DNA from: a virus
Taxonomy: Duplodnaviria > Caudoviricetes
IMG/VR virus record: IMGVR_UViG_3300021449_000498
Location: 1 to 52,828 of that record
Direction: 5' to 3' (one strand)
Length of the DNA: 52,828 nucleotides
This document shows, one piece after another, positions 1-8,918 of the stretch. The notes under the pieces were generated by a model. It did no database searches. It was given only the letters and a program-made list of their open reading frames with translations, and had not been told where the DNA came from. The position numbers and the translations under genes are program-made. Within the stretch, counting starts at the first letter, position 1, and each line of letters opens with the position of its first letter.

Positions 1-609
1 ATGACTACCCTTGTCGATTCGGGCACCCTCCAGGCCCTCGAACCCGTGGTTCGGACTATGGCGGCGGCGCTTCTCTGGGGTACGTGGCGCTTTCTGAATA
101 ACACCGCAGAGACGGGCGAGGGGTTCGACTTTCCCCGGTTTGCGAGTATGTTACTCGTCTCTGCCGGTGTCGGTGCGGGGTTTGCCGCGGCGGGCGACCC
201 GCTTTCTCAGGCTACGTTTGCGGCGGAAGTATCGGCTTACATGCCGTTAGTCGGCGTCCTCGATAATTTCTTTTCGCACCAACTTCGGGGGGTTAACCTG
301 GGTCGTTACGACTTGGACCGGTTGTATAATGGTAGCAAGTTCGTGCAGGAAAGCGTAGAGGACGCGGAACTGGTAGACGACATAGACGATTACCTCTTTA
401 CCGGTGAGGTGCCTGAGTGGAACGGTGAAAAACAAATGGCGTTTCTGACGCTATTGACGCGGTTACAGTCGTTCTCACGAAGTTCGGAAACGCCGGTTCC
501 GTCGGACGCGGAACTGGAACAGAAAGGTACCAGTGGCGATGAAAGCGGCGGTAGTGACGAAAGCGAACCGCAGGGGCCGGCCCCGGAAACCTTCGCTGGA
601 GGGAACTAA
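1..609 (+). CDS. Hypothetical membrane protein (N-terminal hydrophobic segments, acidic tail)
   Basis: 202-aa ORF; hydrophobic stretches MAAALLWGTW and MLLVSAGVGAGFAAAG; stop is 1 nt before the next ATG at 611. Confidence 0.65.
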   Translation: MTTLVDSGTLQALEPVVRTMAAALLWGTWRFLNNTAETGEGFDFPRFASMLLVSAGVGAGFAAAGDPLSQATFAAEVSAYMPLVGVLDNFFSHQLRGVNLGRYDLDRLYNGSKFVQESVEDAELVDDIDDYLFTGEVPEWNGEKQMAFLTLLTRLQSFSRSSETPVPSDAELEQKGTSGDESGGSDESEPQGPAPETFAGGN

Positions 610-610
610 C

Positions 611-1459
611 ATGGCTAATAGTAATCGAGTTACGGAAACGATACAGTTCGGTCAATTCAGTAGCAACGAGGACGGGCACGTTCGCGCGTCGTTGAAAGAG
701 AGCGTTCCCGACGAAGTGCCCGAAGCCCCCGAAGATGAGGGTCCGTGGACCGTACACGGCGTTCTATTGGGCGAAGACGAGGTTACAATGGGACAGCACG
801 GGGCTAAATTTTGGCCCTCCGAAGAACAGCAGAAAGCCTATCCGTCCCTCGTCGGGAAGGAGTTTAGCGTAGCGCATGAAGACGAGGCCGTGGAAAGTGG
901 GGAGGTTACCCGCGCGGCTTTTCAGCCGAACCTTGGTACGGTTTGGGAAGCCGACGTGGATAGTTGGGAAACCGCGGCGGCGCTGTCGAACGGCCAGTAT
1001 GACGTGTCGCTCGAAGCTTCGGTTCCGAATCACGACCATGTTGCCCGGACCCCCGAAGGCTTGCCGTATATGACCGACTACGAATACAACCGCGTTGCGG
1101 CGGTGGAAGGCGGCACCGGGGCGGCGGAAGCGAGTTATACAGCGTTCGGTTCGGCGAGTGATAACCCGGCTATCGCGGCGCTTTCGCAGGGCGAAAACGC
1201 CGAAAGCTTCCACAGTTCGATTGAGGCGGCCTTAGCACACGCGGATGCTACTGGGGCCGGCGGCGGGGCGAGCGAAATGGTCGATGCTACGATTCAGGTC
1301 GATGTTGGTAGCTTCCCGATTGACCGCGATACGCTTCTTGCCCTCGCCGAAAATCATGACATAGGCTATACGGCGTTTCTCGAAGCCGCAAGTGAAATCT
1401 CGCCTGATAATGTGACGATTGAGGCGACCGAAGAACAGCCCAATATCCGTATTTTCTAA
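611..1459 (+). CDS. Putative prohead (capsid maturation) protease
   Basis: ATG at 611 right after the previous stop; lies before scaffold and MCP; candidate His (VAHED) and Ser (YDVSLE) motifs as in HK97-type prohead proteases. Confidence 0.6.
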   Translation: MANSNRVTETIQFGQFSSNEDGHVRASLKESVPDEVPEAPEDEGPWTVHGVLLGEDEVTMGQHGAKFWPSEEQQKAYPSLVGKEFSVAHEDEAVESGEVTRAAFQPNLGTVWEADVDSWETAAALSNGQYDVSLEASVPNHDHVARTPEGLPYMTDYEYNRVAAVEGGTGAAEASYTAFGSASDNPAIAALSQGENAESFHSSIEAALAHADATGAGGGASEMVDATIQVDVGSFPIDRDTLLALAENHDIGYTAFLEAASEISPDNVTIEATEEQPNIRIF

Positions 1460-1463
1460 GCGT

Positions 1464-1480
1464 TCGGTAAAGGTACAAAA
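1464..1480 (+). promoter_or_regulatory. Conserved motif TCGGTAAAGGTACAAAA upstream of the scaffold gene (copy 1)
   Basis: 16/17 match to 2497-2513; starts 49 nt before the ATG. Confidence 0.5.
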
Positions 1481-1512
1481 AGCAAAACCTCGCTTAGTTT
1501 CTCGTAAGTACA

Positions 1513-2064
1513 ATGACTGACGACACTGCTAACACAGTCGAAATGTCGGAAGAGCGCCACGATAATCTTAAGGCGTCTCTAAAAGAGGCCGAAGAGAAGG
1601 CCGAACGCGTTGACGACCTGGAGGCTTCGCTACAGAAGGCCGAAGATGAGCGAGAGGACCTTGAAGAGGAGCTTGAAGCCCTTTCGCCGGTGACGGACGC
1701 TATTCGTGCCGCGCTACAGGAACGTTCGGAAAATGCGGGCATTGACGGGGCCGTTTTTGAAGATATGTCCGCCGCGCGAATGGTCGAAAGCGTTGACGAC
1801 ATCGAGGACCTTTTCGCGTCGCCTGACGAGAGCGAGGCGGGCGAGGGTGCCGACGGCGAAGAGGGCGAAGAGGGTGAGGGTATCGGGTCGTCGGGTGACG
1901 GCGAAGCGCAGACCGGTGCGGGCGAGGCCGACCTTGATACCGAGACCCAGGAAGAGGTTGCTGCACTTAAGGCAAGGGCCGAAACAGCGCGCGAAATGGG
2001 GTGGGAACCCGCGGCGGAAGAAGTCGATGAGCGAGTCGCAAATCTAACCCAGGGTGGAAACTAA
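1513..2064 (+). CDS. Scaffold protein
   Basis: Acidic coiled-coil (LKEAEEKAERVDDLEASLQKAEDE); located between protease and capsid genes. Confidence 0.7.
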   Translation: MTDDTANTVEMSEERHDNLKASLKEAEEKAERVDDLEASLQKAEDEREDLEEELEALSPVTDAIRAALQERSENAGIDGAVFEDMSAARMVESVDDIEDLFASPDESEAGEGADGEEGEEGEGIGSSGDGEAQTGAGEADLDTETQEEVAALKARAETAREMGWEPAAEEVDERVANLTQGGN

Positions 2065-2487
2065 ATGTATCCGAATTACACTGACGCACACACGATTACG
2101 TTCGAGGTTGCGGACAGCAGCAGCGAGATTACCCGCTACGACGCGGTGAAACTTACGGGGGACATGGAGGTTGCGATTACCGATACCGCAGGGGAACAGT
2201 TCTTCGGTATCGCGGCGACCGACGAAGACGAAGCCGCGGACCCCACGAAGGGCAAGACGGTTTCGGTGCGCCTAAAGGGTATGGGCAATGCCCGAGTCGC
2301 CGCCGAATACGACGATAACGGCGACGGCGCTGCTAACACGGCGACGGCAGCCCCCGCAACCCTTGTGCCGTCGGGTACCGAGGGTGTTCTTCGTCCGCTC
2401 GGGGCCGAAGACGCCGCGGAGGGCATTGACGCCCGGCTAACGGGCGCGCCCGGAGACGACGGCCTCGGTTCGGTTTACATTCGATGA
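2065..2487 (+). CDS. Capsid decoration/cement protein
   Basis: 140-aa Gly/Ala-rich protein with FFGIA and VSVRLKG motifs, directly before the MCP. Confidence 0.65.
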   Translation: MYPNYTDAHTITFEVADSSSEITRYDAVKLTGDMEVAITDTAGEQFFGIAATDEDEAADPTKGKTVSVRLKGMGNARVAAEYDDNGDGAANTATAAPATLVPSGTEGVLRPLGAEDAAEGIDARLTGAPGDDGLGSVYIR

Positions 2488-2496
2488 ATTGGTAAC

Positions 2497-2513
2497 TCGG
2501 TAAAAGTACAAAA
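2497..2513 (+). promoter_or_regulatory. Conserved motif TCGGTAAAAGTACAAAA upstream of the MCP gene (copy 2)
   Basis: 16/17 match to 1464-1480; starts 47 nt before the ATG. Confidence 0.5.
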
Positions 2514-2543
2514 CAAAAAGAACCTATATAGGAGTTTAAGATA

Positions 2544-3407
2544 ATGCCTTCGGGACAGCCGGAACTTACGGAAGATGTACTGAAAGACAAGGACATGGTT
2601 AACGCGTACCTTATCGACCGCGTTAATCATCGTACTGTGTTCGGAAACGCGTTTAGCGAACAGGACGTTTCCGAAGTCAACGACAGTGAGGTTTCGTTCT
2701 TCGTGGAAGACGGTGTTTATGATAGAACCGAACTTCCCACGGTTGACGAAGCGTCCGAATTCCCCGAGCGAGACGGCGAAAAGCGCCGCGTTCGGTGCCA
2801 GCGTCACAAGTACGGCGAAAAGTACGAAATGAGTATGGAAGCCGGCATGGACGCGCGTCTGGACGAAATCGCGCTTGAGGCGGAGCGGAAAATGAACCGC
2901 CTCGGGAATACTATCGACGCGGTTGCGTACCGGGTCCTCGCCGCTGCTGCTAATAACAACGACCACAACGACATCAGCCCCTCGGGAACGAACGGGGAGC
3001 TTACGTATGACGATTTCGTTGACGCTGGAACTGACATTCGGGGTGCGCCGGAGGGCGAATATGCCCCCACGGATGTTTTTGTCGGGCACGGTGGCCTTGG
3101 CGACGTGTTGAAGATGAGCGAGTTTACGCACGCCACTGACGCCGCAGACGACACGATTCGCTACGGCACTATCGGGGGCGTGGCGGGTCTTGGTTCGGTC
3201 AACACTTCGGCGTCGCCCTTTATCGACATGCCAAGCGGAACGGCATTTGTCGTTGACGGCGACTACCTGGGTCGTCGCGCGGAGTGGGTCGGCCCGACCG
3301 TTCGACGCGGGTCGGACTTCGACCGGCAGGTTGATGACATCATGCAGCTATTCAGCCTATTCGGGTATGTTGCGACTCACCCGAACGCCGTGCAGCGAAT
3401 TCAGTAA
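2544..3407 (+). CDS. Major capsid protein (HK97 fold)
   Basis: E-loop VDEASEFP, KYGEKYEMSME, GTIGGVAG and C-terminal FGYVATHPNAVQRI pattern; gene order. Confidence 0.88.
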   Translation: MPSGQPELTEDVLKDKDMVNAYLIDRVNHRTVFGNAFSEQDVSEVNDSEVSFFVEDGVYDRTELPTVDEASEFPERDGEKRRVRCQRHKYGEKYEMSMEAGMDARLDEIALEAERKMNRLGNTIDAVAYRVLAAAANNNDHNDISPSGTNGELTYDDFVDAGTDIRGAPEGEYAPTDVFVGHGGLGDVLKMSEFTHATDAADDTIRYGTIGGVAGLGSVNTSASPFIDMPSGTAFVVDGDYLGRRAEWVGPTVRRGSDFDRQVDDIMQLFSLFGYVATHPNAVQRIQ

Positions 3408-3488
3408 AACCGTGAAAGTTCGTCTTTCGCGGGCGGCCTCGTGACGTAGCGGAAACCCACTTTTCTTTCGGAGTAAAAGCATGAATCA

Positions 3489-3602
3489 ATGAGTGGCAAG
3501 TGCCCCGTCTCTGAGTGTGACGAACGCTTGTTCGGTCGTCACTGTAAACGCCTATGCAGACGCCACGGCGTGGTCTATGACTGTTCGGACCCCTTTTCGT
3601 AA
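3489..3602 (+). CDS. 37-aa zinc-finger microprotein (resembles the haloarchaeal HVO_2523 type)
   Basis: Hand translation MSGKCPVSECDERLFGRHCKRLCRRHGVVYDCSDPFS; below the ORF-track cutoff. Confidence 0.75.
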   Translation: MSGKCPVSECDERLFGRHCKRLCRRHGVVYDCSDPFS

Positions 3603-3646
3603 GGCCCTCATAAAAACCATACCAGAAGGCCCGGCTATCCGGTAGT

Positions 3647-4081
3647 ATGAGTGTTACCCCGGGTAGTTACGACACGAATGTTGCCCCCGGCGACGTTCGA
3701 GACGCGTTTGACCGCGAGGATGTTTCTGACGGTCGGCCGGCGGAGGATACTGACGGGAATGAGCGGGCGCAACGCGCTATAGACGACGCTGTGGCGTTCG
3801 CAGGCCCTCGCATATACGACGACGTTACCCCGCGGACGTTCGACGCTGTGGTTGCTTACATGGCTGCTGAATACCTGTATTCGGGTACTGACGGCGCGAC
3901 GGACGCCGAAGGTAACAAGATTAAGAGCCAGAAGAGCGGAAGCGACAAAATTAGCTACTTCGAGGACTCGAACGGCGAGGGGGCGAGCGAAGCCGGCGGT
4001 GGCCTGTTTTCGAGCGTAGCAGCGGCCCGCGACACGTCCAATCGTCTCTTCCAACGCACGGTCAATGGGTTCGTAATTTAA
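3647..4081 (+). CDS. Head-tail adaptor protein
   Basis: Follows the MCP; helical N-half (AVVAYMAAEYLY) and IKSQKSGSDKISY beta motif typical of adaptors. Confidence 0.7.
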   Translation: MSVTPGSYDTNVAPGDVRDAFDREDVSDGRPAEDTDGNERAQRAIDDAVAFAGPRIYDDVTPRTFDAVVAYMAAEYLYSGTDGATDAEGNKIKSQKSGSDKISYFEDSNGEGASEAGGGLFSSVAAARDTSNRLFQRTVNGFVI

Positions 4082-4438
4082 ATGGCCGGCGGAAGTAATT
4101 TCGTTAAACTCGTCGGGTACGGTTCGTTTTTGGATACGATGGAAAGCGGCGCGGAAGCTTTCTCCAGCGTAGGTGAGCCTACATTCATCGTTGGCACGAA
4201 CGTACATTATGGGCTATACCAAGAATACGGCACCTATAAAATGGCGGCACAACCGTTTCTGCGGCCTGCTACGGACCAAGTACGCCGCAAAATGGGCAAC
4301 TATTTCGATACAAACGCTACGCCGCGCGGGGCGCTTCGAGCCGCCGCGGGGGATTTGGCGAGCGAAGCCCAACGCCGGGCACCCGTAGACTCTGGTAAGC
4401 TCCGGGCTTCGCTCGCCCCGCCGGTTGAATCGTCTTAG
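4082..4438 (+). CDS. HK97 gp10-like neck/tail completion protein
   Basis: VGTNVHYGLYQEYGTYKMAAQPFLRPA and APVDSGKLRAS motifs. Confidence 0.85.
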   Translation: MAGGSNFVKLVGYGSFLDTMESGAEAFSSVGEPTFIVGTNVHYGLYQEYGTYKMAAQPFLRPATDQVRRKMGNYFDTNATPRGALRAAAGDLASEAQRRAPVDSGKLRASLAPPVESS

Positions 4439-4478
4439 TTACGCAATGATAAACACGATAAGAACAGAAACGGCGACT

Positions 4479-4883
4479 ATGAGCTTGAACTGGGGAAGTC
4501 TCGCAAACTTGCATGATAATTTCGCGTTCGAGGGGACGTTTACCGCTATCCGCGAAGGGGGGCGAAACCCCGACACGGGGCGGCCGCAACCGACGAAAAA
4601 TAGTTTTCCCGTCTCGATTCGGGTAGAAAAGACGGACGAACCGACGACCAAGACCGGCGAAGCCGGCGACATCGTTACAGCGGATGTAACGGTGCATTTC
4701 AAGTCAGACGAACTGGGGGGACTAAATGCCGGCAATGGAGCGTACCCAGAACAAGGAGACCGCGTTCGAGACGAACGACCCGCACCGGTAGGCGGAACGG
4801 CCTATGAGATTGTTCGAGTCATAAACAGCGGCACCGGAATCGTTCATTGTGACGCCGAACGTTTGGCGGAGCAAGAGAACTAA
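4479..4883 (+). CDS. Head closure (stopper) protein
   Basis: Beta-rich, GDRV and YEIVRV motifs, neck gene position; start uncertain (4446 or 4479). Confidence 0.55.
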   Translation: MSLNWGSLANLHDNFAFEGTFTAIREGGRNPDTGRPQPTKNSFPVSIRVEKTDEPTTKTGEAGDIVTADVTVHFKSDELGGLNAGNGAYPEQGDRVRDERPAPVGGTAYEIVRVINSGTGIVHCDAERLAEQEN

Positions 4884-4908
4884 AATACGATTTTAATAAA
4901 CGAAAAAT

Positions 4909-5430
4909 ATGTATGAAATTCGTAAGGCGCTACGAAGGTTGTATATCGATGAATGGACCCCGGAAGAAACCGAGGGCTTAGAGGCCGGTGACGGGGAAGA
5001 CGACATTCCCATTACGTTCGGCGGCGGCCCGAATCAGGAACTACCGTATCCGCAGGTCACAATCCGGGGAACGAGCGGACAAGGCGGCCCGCGGGGACTT
5101 GCGGGCGACGGAACCGGGGTTATTTACGATTACAACGGGCGCGCGGACGTTCAAGTGTGGTCCGGGTCATATGATACGGACCCGCCCGCGCCGCTTAGTT
5201 CGGGCAATGCTTACAGCCCGGAACGAATCGGGTCGAAAATTGCTAATCACCTGCGGGACATTACCCACGACCACAACCTTGGGGTACCGGACCCCGACAC
5301 CGGCGAAGCCCTTACGACGGATTTAGAGCCGCTTACGTATCCTTTTGTTCTCGCGGACCCGGACGTTACGAATCCACAGCATTTCTATGCGACGCTGGAG
5401 GTTGGCTTTGAATTACGAGTCCGTCCGTAA
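4909..5430 (+). CDS. Tail terminator protein
   Basis: LPYPQVTI and ADVQVWS motifs; position before the tail tube gene. Confidence 0.65.
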   Translation: MYEIRKALRRLYIDEWTPEETEGLEAGDGEDDIPITFGGGPNQELPYPQVTIRGTSGQGGPRGLAGDGTGVIYDYNGRADVQVWSGSYDTDPPAPLSSGNAYSPERIGSKIANHLRDITHDHNLGVPDPDTGEALTTDLEPLTYPFVLADPDVTNPQHFYATLEVGFELRVRP

Positions 5431-5462
5431 CTGTTTTATCAAATGCAACCGAAATCCGCCCT

Positions 5463-5915
5463 ATGGACGCGACAGATACCTACAAGAATAAAGAGTGGCT
5501 TGAACAGAAATACCACGAAGAAAAGTTGAATCAAAGAGAAATTGGCAAAATTGTAGACCGTTCGGACGGTACTATTTGCCGCTGGATGGAAAAATTGGGG
5601 GTAAAACCCCGAACCCAGGCAGCGGCTAATGTTTTATCGCGCCCCGGAATTTCTCACACCATAGAAGATAGAGACGGATACGAACAATTTAGTTTAAATC
5701 ACGAAGATAGTACGTATCACATTAAGGTCCATCGTCTTTGCGCTGTGGCGTGGTTTGGAATTTCGTATTTCGATCCGAGAGACGTACACCACAAAAACGA
5801 ACATCGAAACGATAACCGGGAAGAAAACCTTGAAATGAAAGAACACGCCGAACACCTAACAGAACATACAAGAGAAAAACACGAGAATGGCACTCATTAT
5901 ATGCAAAATTTATAG
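5463..5915 (+). CDS. HNH homing endonuclease with N-terminal HTH
   Basis: VHRLCAVAWFG and VHHKNEHRNDNREENLE motifs; HTH LNQREIGKIVDRSDGTICRWM; visibly AT-rich. Confidence 0.9.
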   Translation: MDATDTYKNKEWLEQKYHEEKLNQREIGKIVDRSDGTICRWMEKLGVKPRTQAAANVLSRPGISHTIEDRDGYEQFSLNHEDSTYHIKVHRLCAVAWFGISYFDPRDVHHKNEHRNDNREENLEMKEHAEHLTEHTREKHENGTHYMQNL

Positions 5916-5973
5916 CTTCTGTCGTCTTAAACAATAAGTCCGAAGGGGGCACTATGACTTTCTAAGAGTAATA

Positions 5974-7362
5974 ATGCCACTCAACAGCGAAGGAGGACTA
6001 AGGCCGTCTCGTATCGAGTTTGTGGGTGAGGACGAAGAGGGTGTTATCCCTGACGGGGCCAGTTGGTCCCTGATTAGCGACCGAATTACCGAATTCGAAG
6101 CCGAATTCGGGCCGGAAGCCGTGGATAAAGCGGGAATCGGCCAGCACGATAACGAGTATGCCCCCGGCTTGGAAGAAAACGAACTGACGCTTTCCTACGA
6201 CATGCAGCGGTGGCTTGTGGATAACAACGGGGAGCCTGATAGCGTCCTCGCCTACGGTATGCTTCGCGACGCTGTGGGTCACCTTCCCGGCACCGTCTCG
6301 GTGGTCGAACGGTCGGCGACCCACAAAGACGGTGACGGCTACCCGAACGCGGTCGAAAGCACCGTTCACTACGACTACATTAATGACGGGAACGCTACGC
6401 CTCGTCATAGTCACTTGTATACCGTAGCGCGCGGGTGTACTGTCGATGAGGCTTCCCTGGAGGGCGACCCCGAAGAAGTCTATTGGGCGGCCGAATCGAC
6501 GCTACTGTGTACCGGCGGGCGGTCGTATCAGTTCGACCAACCGGATACCTCGCAGGGCGGCGTTGATGGAACACTTATCATCAAAGCGGTACCGTCGGAC
6601 GATATTGACGGGACCAACCCCGAAGACGCCGGGCTTCCGCTTACTATCGAGAGCGAGAACGCGACGACCGCCGAGGATTTGACGTTAGACGACGCGGATG
6701 CTTCCGTGGGTGTTACGACTACGAACACCTACGAAAGCATCGACAGTATCGCGACTCAGGGACAAGTAGACCACTTCGGGGACGTTCTGGTTTACGAAGC
6801 CCGCAGTAACGACAGCGGCGGCTACGATACGAATCAGCTCCTCGGTGTCCTCTTCGGATACGGGCACTATGATAACACCCACGGCGATTACGGTACACCG
6901 GTCCTCGGTGCCGGCGGCACCCACGGGACCGAAATCGGGTCTACCATTACGGGTACGGACTACTTCGCGGTGGGCAATTCCCTTGTCGAGAGACCTGCGG
7001 GCCGGGCCTTTGAGCTTGCCGGGTCCGTGAATAGCGTCGAAATCGAACTGGAGAACGATTCCGGTTCGGTGCCGGATAACAACAGCCGGGAGAACCTGTA
7101 TCGGCCGGCTATGCGGTCTACGGAAATCACCTTGTCGTGTGACGGCGAGACCGTTTCGCACAGGGCCATGAAACAGGCCGCCGCGCTGGAGAAGTTGGAT
7201 ACCGTGGTTCTGTTCGACCGCGCGGGCAATCTGGCGCTTCGATTCCCGAGCGCGCCTATGGGCGAAAGCCCGCGGAACCGCAATGCAGGCGAAAATGCGC
7301 TCGAAATGGAGTTTTCCATTATGTCGGGCGAAGAAGGCGTTTCGGCTACTTCGCCGAACTAA
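5974..7362 (+). CDS. Major tail tube protein
   Basis: 462-aa acidic beta-rich protein between terminator and chaperone/tape measure; no sheath gene seen. Confidence 0.7.
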   Translation: MPLNSEGGLRPSRIEFVGEDEEGVIPDGASWSLISDRITEFEAEFGPEAVDKAGIGQHDNEYAPGLEENELTLSYDMQRWLVDNNGEPDSVLAYGMLRDAVGHLPGTVSVVERSATHKDGDGYPNAVESTVHYDYINDGNATPRHSHLYTVARGCTVDEASLEGDPEEVYWAAESTLLCTGGRSYQFDQPDTSQGGVDGTLIIKAVPSDDIDGTNPEDAGLPLTIESENATTAEDLTLDDADASVGVTTTNTYESIDSIATQGQVDHFGDVLVYEARSNDSGGYDTNQLLGVLFGYGHYDNTHGDYGTPVLGAGGTHGTEIGSTITGTDYFAVGNSLVERPAGRAFELAGSVNSVEIELENDSGSVPDNNSRENLYRPAMRSTEITLSCDGETVSHRAMKQAAALEKLDTVVLFDRAGNLALRFPSAPMGESPRNRNAGENALEMEFSIMSGEEGVSATSPN

Positions 7363-7366
7363 GGCG

Positions 7367-8248
7367 CTACGTTCGGCCGGCAAGTATATCTTTCGCGACT
7401 TGTTCCAAATTGTCCGCGCGGCGCTGTAAACGGGCGCGAAGTTCCTCGTCACTTTCGAGGCGGGCGGCGTCTTCGAAGTTTGTAGTCGCGCGCCGCGAGT
7501 CTTTCCTTTCGGCTTTTCGTAGTTCACACGCGCGGGCGTTTAGCACGTCGAACGCGGGGTAATCATCGTTGGGCGTTGCTTCGGGTTCGCGAAGAGCCGC
7601 CTCGATTAGTTCGGGGTCGTCCATTTCTCGATAGTCGGCTTCGGTTAGTTTTCGTCCGTCTTCGTCTTCCCCAGGCGCTTCTTTCAGGTAGTAATTCGGG
7701 TGGCTGATTGTGAACAGCACGAGGTTCGACGTTCGCACATGTTCGCTTTCCCCGAGAACGTAGTTGATTTTCGTTTTTCCGTTGCGTTCGTAGACTCGGA
7801 TGATTTCGATTTCCCGCCGGCCGTCTCGGGTTGACGCGAAGATAGCACCTTCTCGAACGTCTTTGAGGTTCATGGGAACCCGTTTCTCGTCTTCGGTTTC
7901 GTCTTCGTCTTCGCCGGTTTCGTTTTCTTCTTCGTTCTCTTCGTCTTCGTTTTCGTCTAACGTGATGTAATAGCCGGAACCGATTGCACCCTCACGCACG
8001 AGACCGGTTCGTCGGTTTGAAGGATAGAACGTAGTGGTGCCATATGAATGACCCACGACGCATTTCGCTTCAACGAACCGGGCTTCGGACGTTTCGTTAA
8101 TCTCAATCACTCTCCAGCGTTTTGCGCCGGAGCCTGCGTTTCCGGCTACGAAGGTGTCGCCCTCTTCGAGGCTGTTTAGTCGCGCTTCGGCGTCCTGAAA
8201 GTGGTCTCCGTCCAGTTCGACTTCTTCGCCGTTAGCCATTTCGACCAT
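7367..8248 (-). CDS. Hypothetical acidic protein, antisense insert in the tail operon
   Basis: Likely start MVEMANGEEV at 8248 with TTTATA box at 8281-8276; E/D-rich linker. Confidence 0.75.
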   Translation of the reverse strand: MVEMANGEEVELDGDHFQDAEARLNSLEEGDTFVAGNAGSGAKRWRVIEINETSEARFVEAKCVVGHSYGTTTFYPSNRRTGLVREGAIGSGYYITLDENEDEENEEENETGEDEDETEDEKRVPMNLKDVREGAIFASTRDGRREIEIIRVYERNGKTKINYVLGESEHVRTSNLVLFTISHPNYYLKEAPGEDEDGRKLTEADYREMDDPELIEAALREPEATPNDDYPAFDVLNARACELRKAERKDSRRATTNFEDAARLESDEELRARLQRRADNLEQVAKDILAGRT

Positions 8249-8271
8249 TGCATTTAGACCCACTATCGGCA

Positions 8272-8288
8272 TACGTATAAATCTGTCG
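8272..8288 (-). promoter_or_regulatory. BRE/TATA promoter for the 8248 gene
   Basis: Minus strand reads CGACAGATTTATACGTA; TATA ends about 28 nt before the ATG. Confidence 0.6.
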
Positions 8289-8453
8289 TATTGTATGCAG
8301 CGGCGGTAAATACTAAACCGCGGCGGCCGAAAAATGCAATACATGACCGTTATAGACTTTCTGACGCGGGCGGCGCGCCGCGGGCTAATCCTAAAGTTCC
8401 GAACGGCTCGGCTAAAACTTAAGATGTATTCGCTTTCTATTCGAGTTATAGAC

Positions 8454-8918
8454 ATGGCGAACAATACCGACACCGACGAAATTCCCGACGAAGTAGAAAA
8501 TTTTGAAGCCGAATGGGGCTTTGAAGAAACACAGCAGAAACAGGGACCCCAGGAAACGACCGTTGAAGGTATGGGGAAGGCCGTGGTCGAATTCATCGAC
8601 TTCGGGTATATCGAATCGTACCGCAAGCGAAACGCGGTGAAAGCCAGCGAAGGGCGCGGCGGGGCCGAACAAAGTGCAAGCGAAGACGAGGCAAATCTTA
8701 CGCCGCGCGATATGGCTGAAATCTTCAACGAACGGTATCATTCGCCCTCGTTCGACCTTAGCGCCGAAGACGTTCGGACCATGCGACCCCTCGCGCCGTC
8801 TAACATGTTGGAAGCCCTTATGGGCGACGCGGTGGACGTAGAAGCGAACGCGGACGGAAGCGTTACCGTGGGTCGTTCTGACGAAACCGGCGACGAAGAC
8901 GACACCGAGGGAAACTGA
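8454..8918 (+). CDS. Tail assembly chaperone (gpG-like)
   Basis: Acidic 154-aa ORF from ATG 8454; ends GAG GGA AAC TGA; lies before the tape measure gene. Confidence 0.8.
   Translation: MANNTDTDEIPDEVENFEAEWGFEETQQKQGPQETTVEGMGKAVVEFIDFGYIESYRKRNAVKASEGRGGAEQSASEDEANLTPRDMAEIFNERYHSPSFDLSAEDVRTMRPLAPSNMLEALMGDAVDVEANADGSVTVGRSDETGDEDDTEGN
8909..8915 (+). other. Programmed -1 ribosomal frameshift site G GGA AAC
   Basis: X XXY YYZ heptamer just before the stop; the -1 frame is open from 8909 into the 8999..9604 ORF. Confidence 0.85.

Noticed and set aside
7885-7960. TTCGTC/TTCTTC low-complexity tract
   Set aside because: Simply encodes the E/D-rich linker of the minus-strand protein
8249-8728. 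Long N-terminal extension of the 7367..8728 minus ORF
   Set aside because: Overlaps the tail chaperone in antisense, is not acidic, and a TATA box supports the start at 8248
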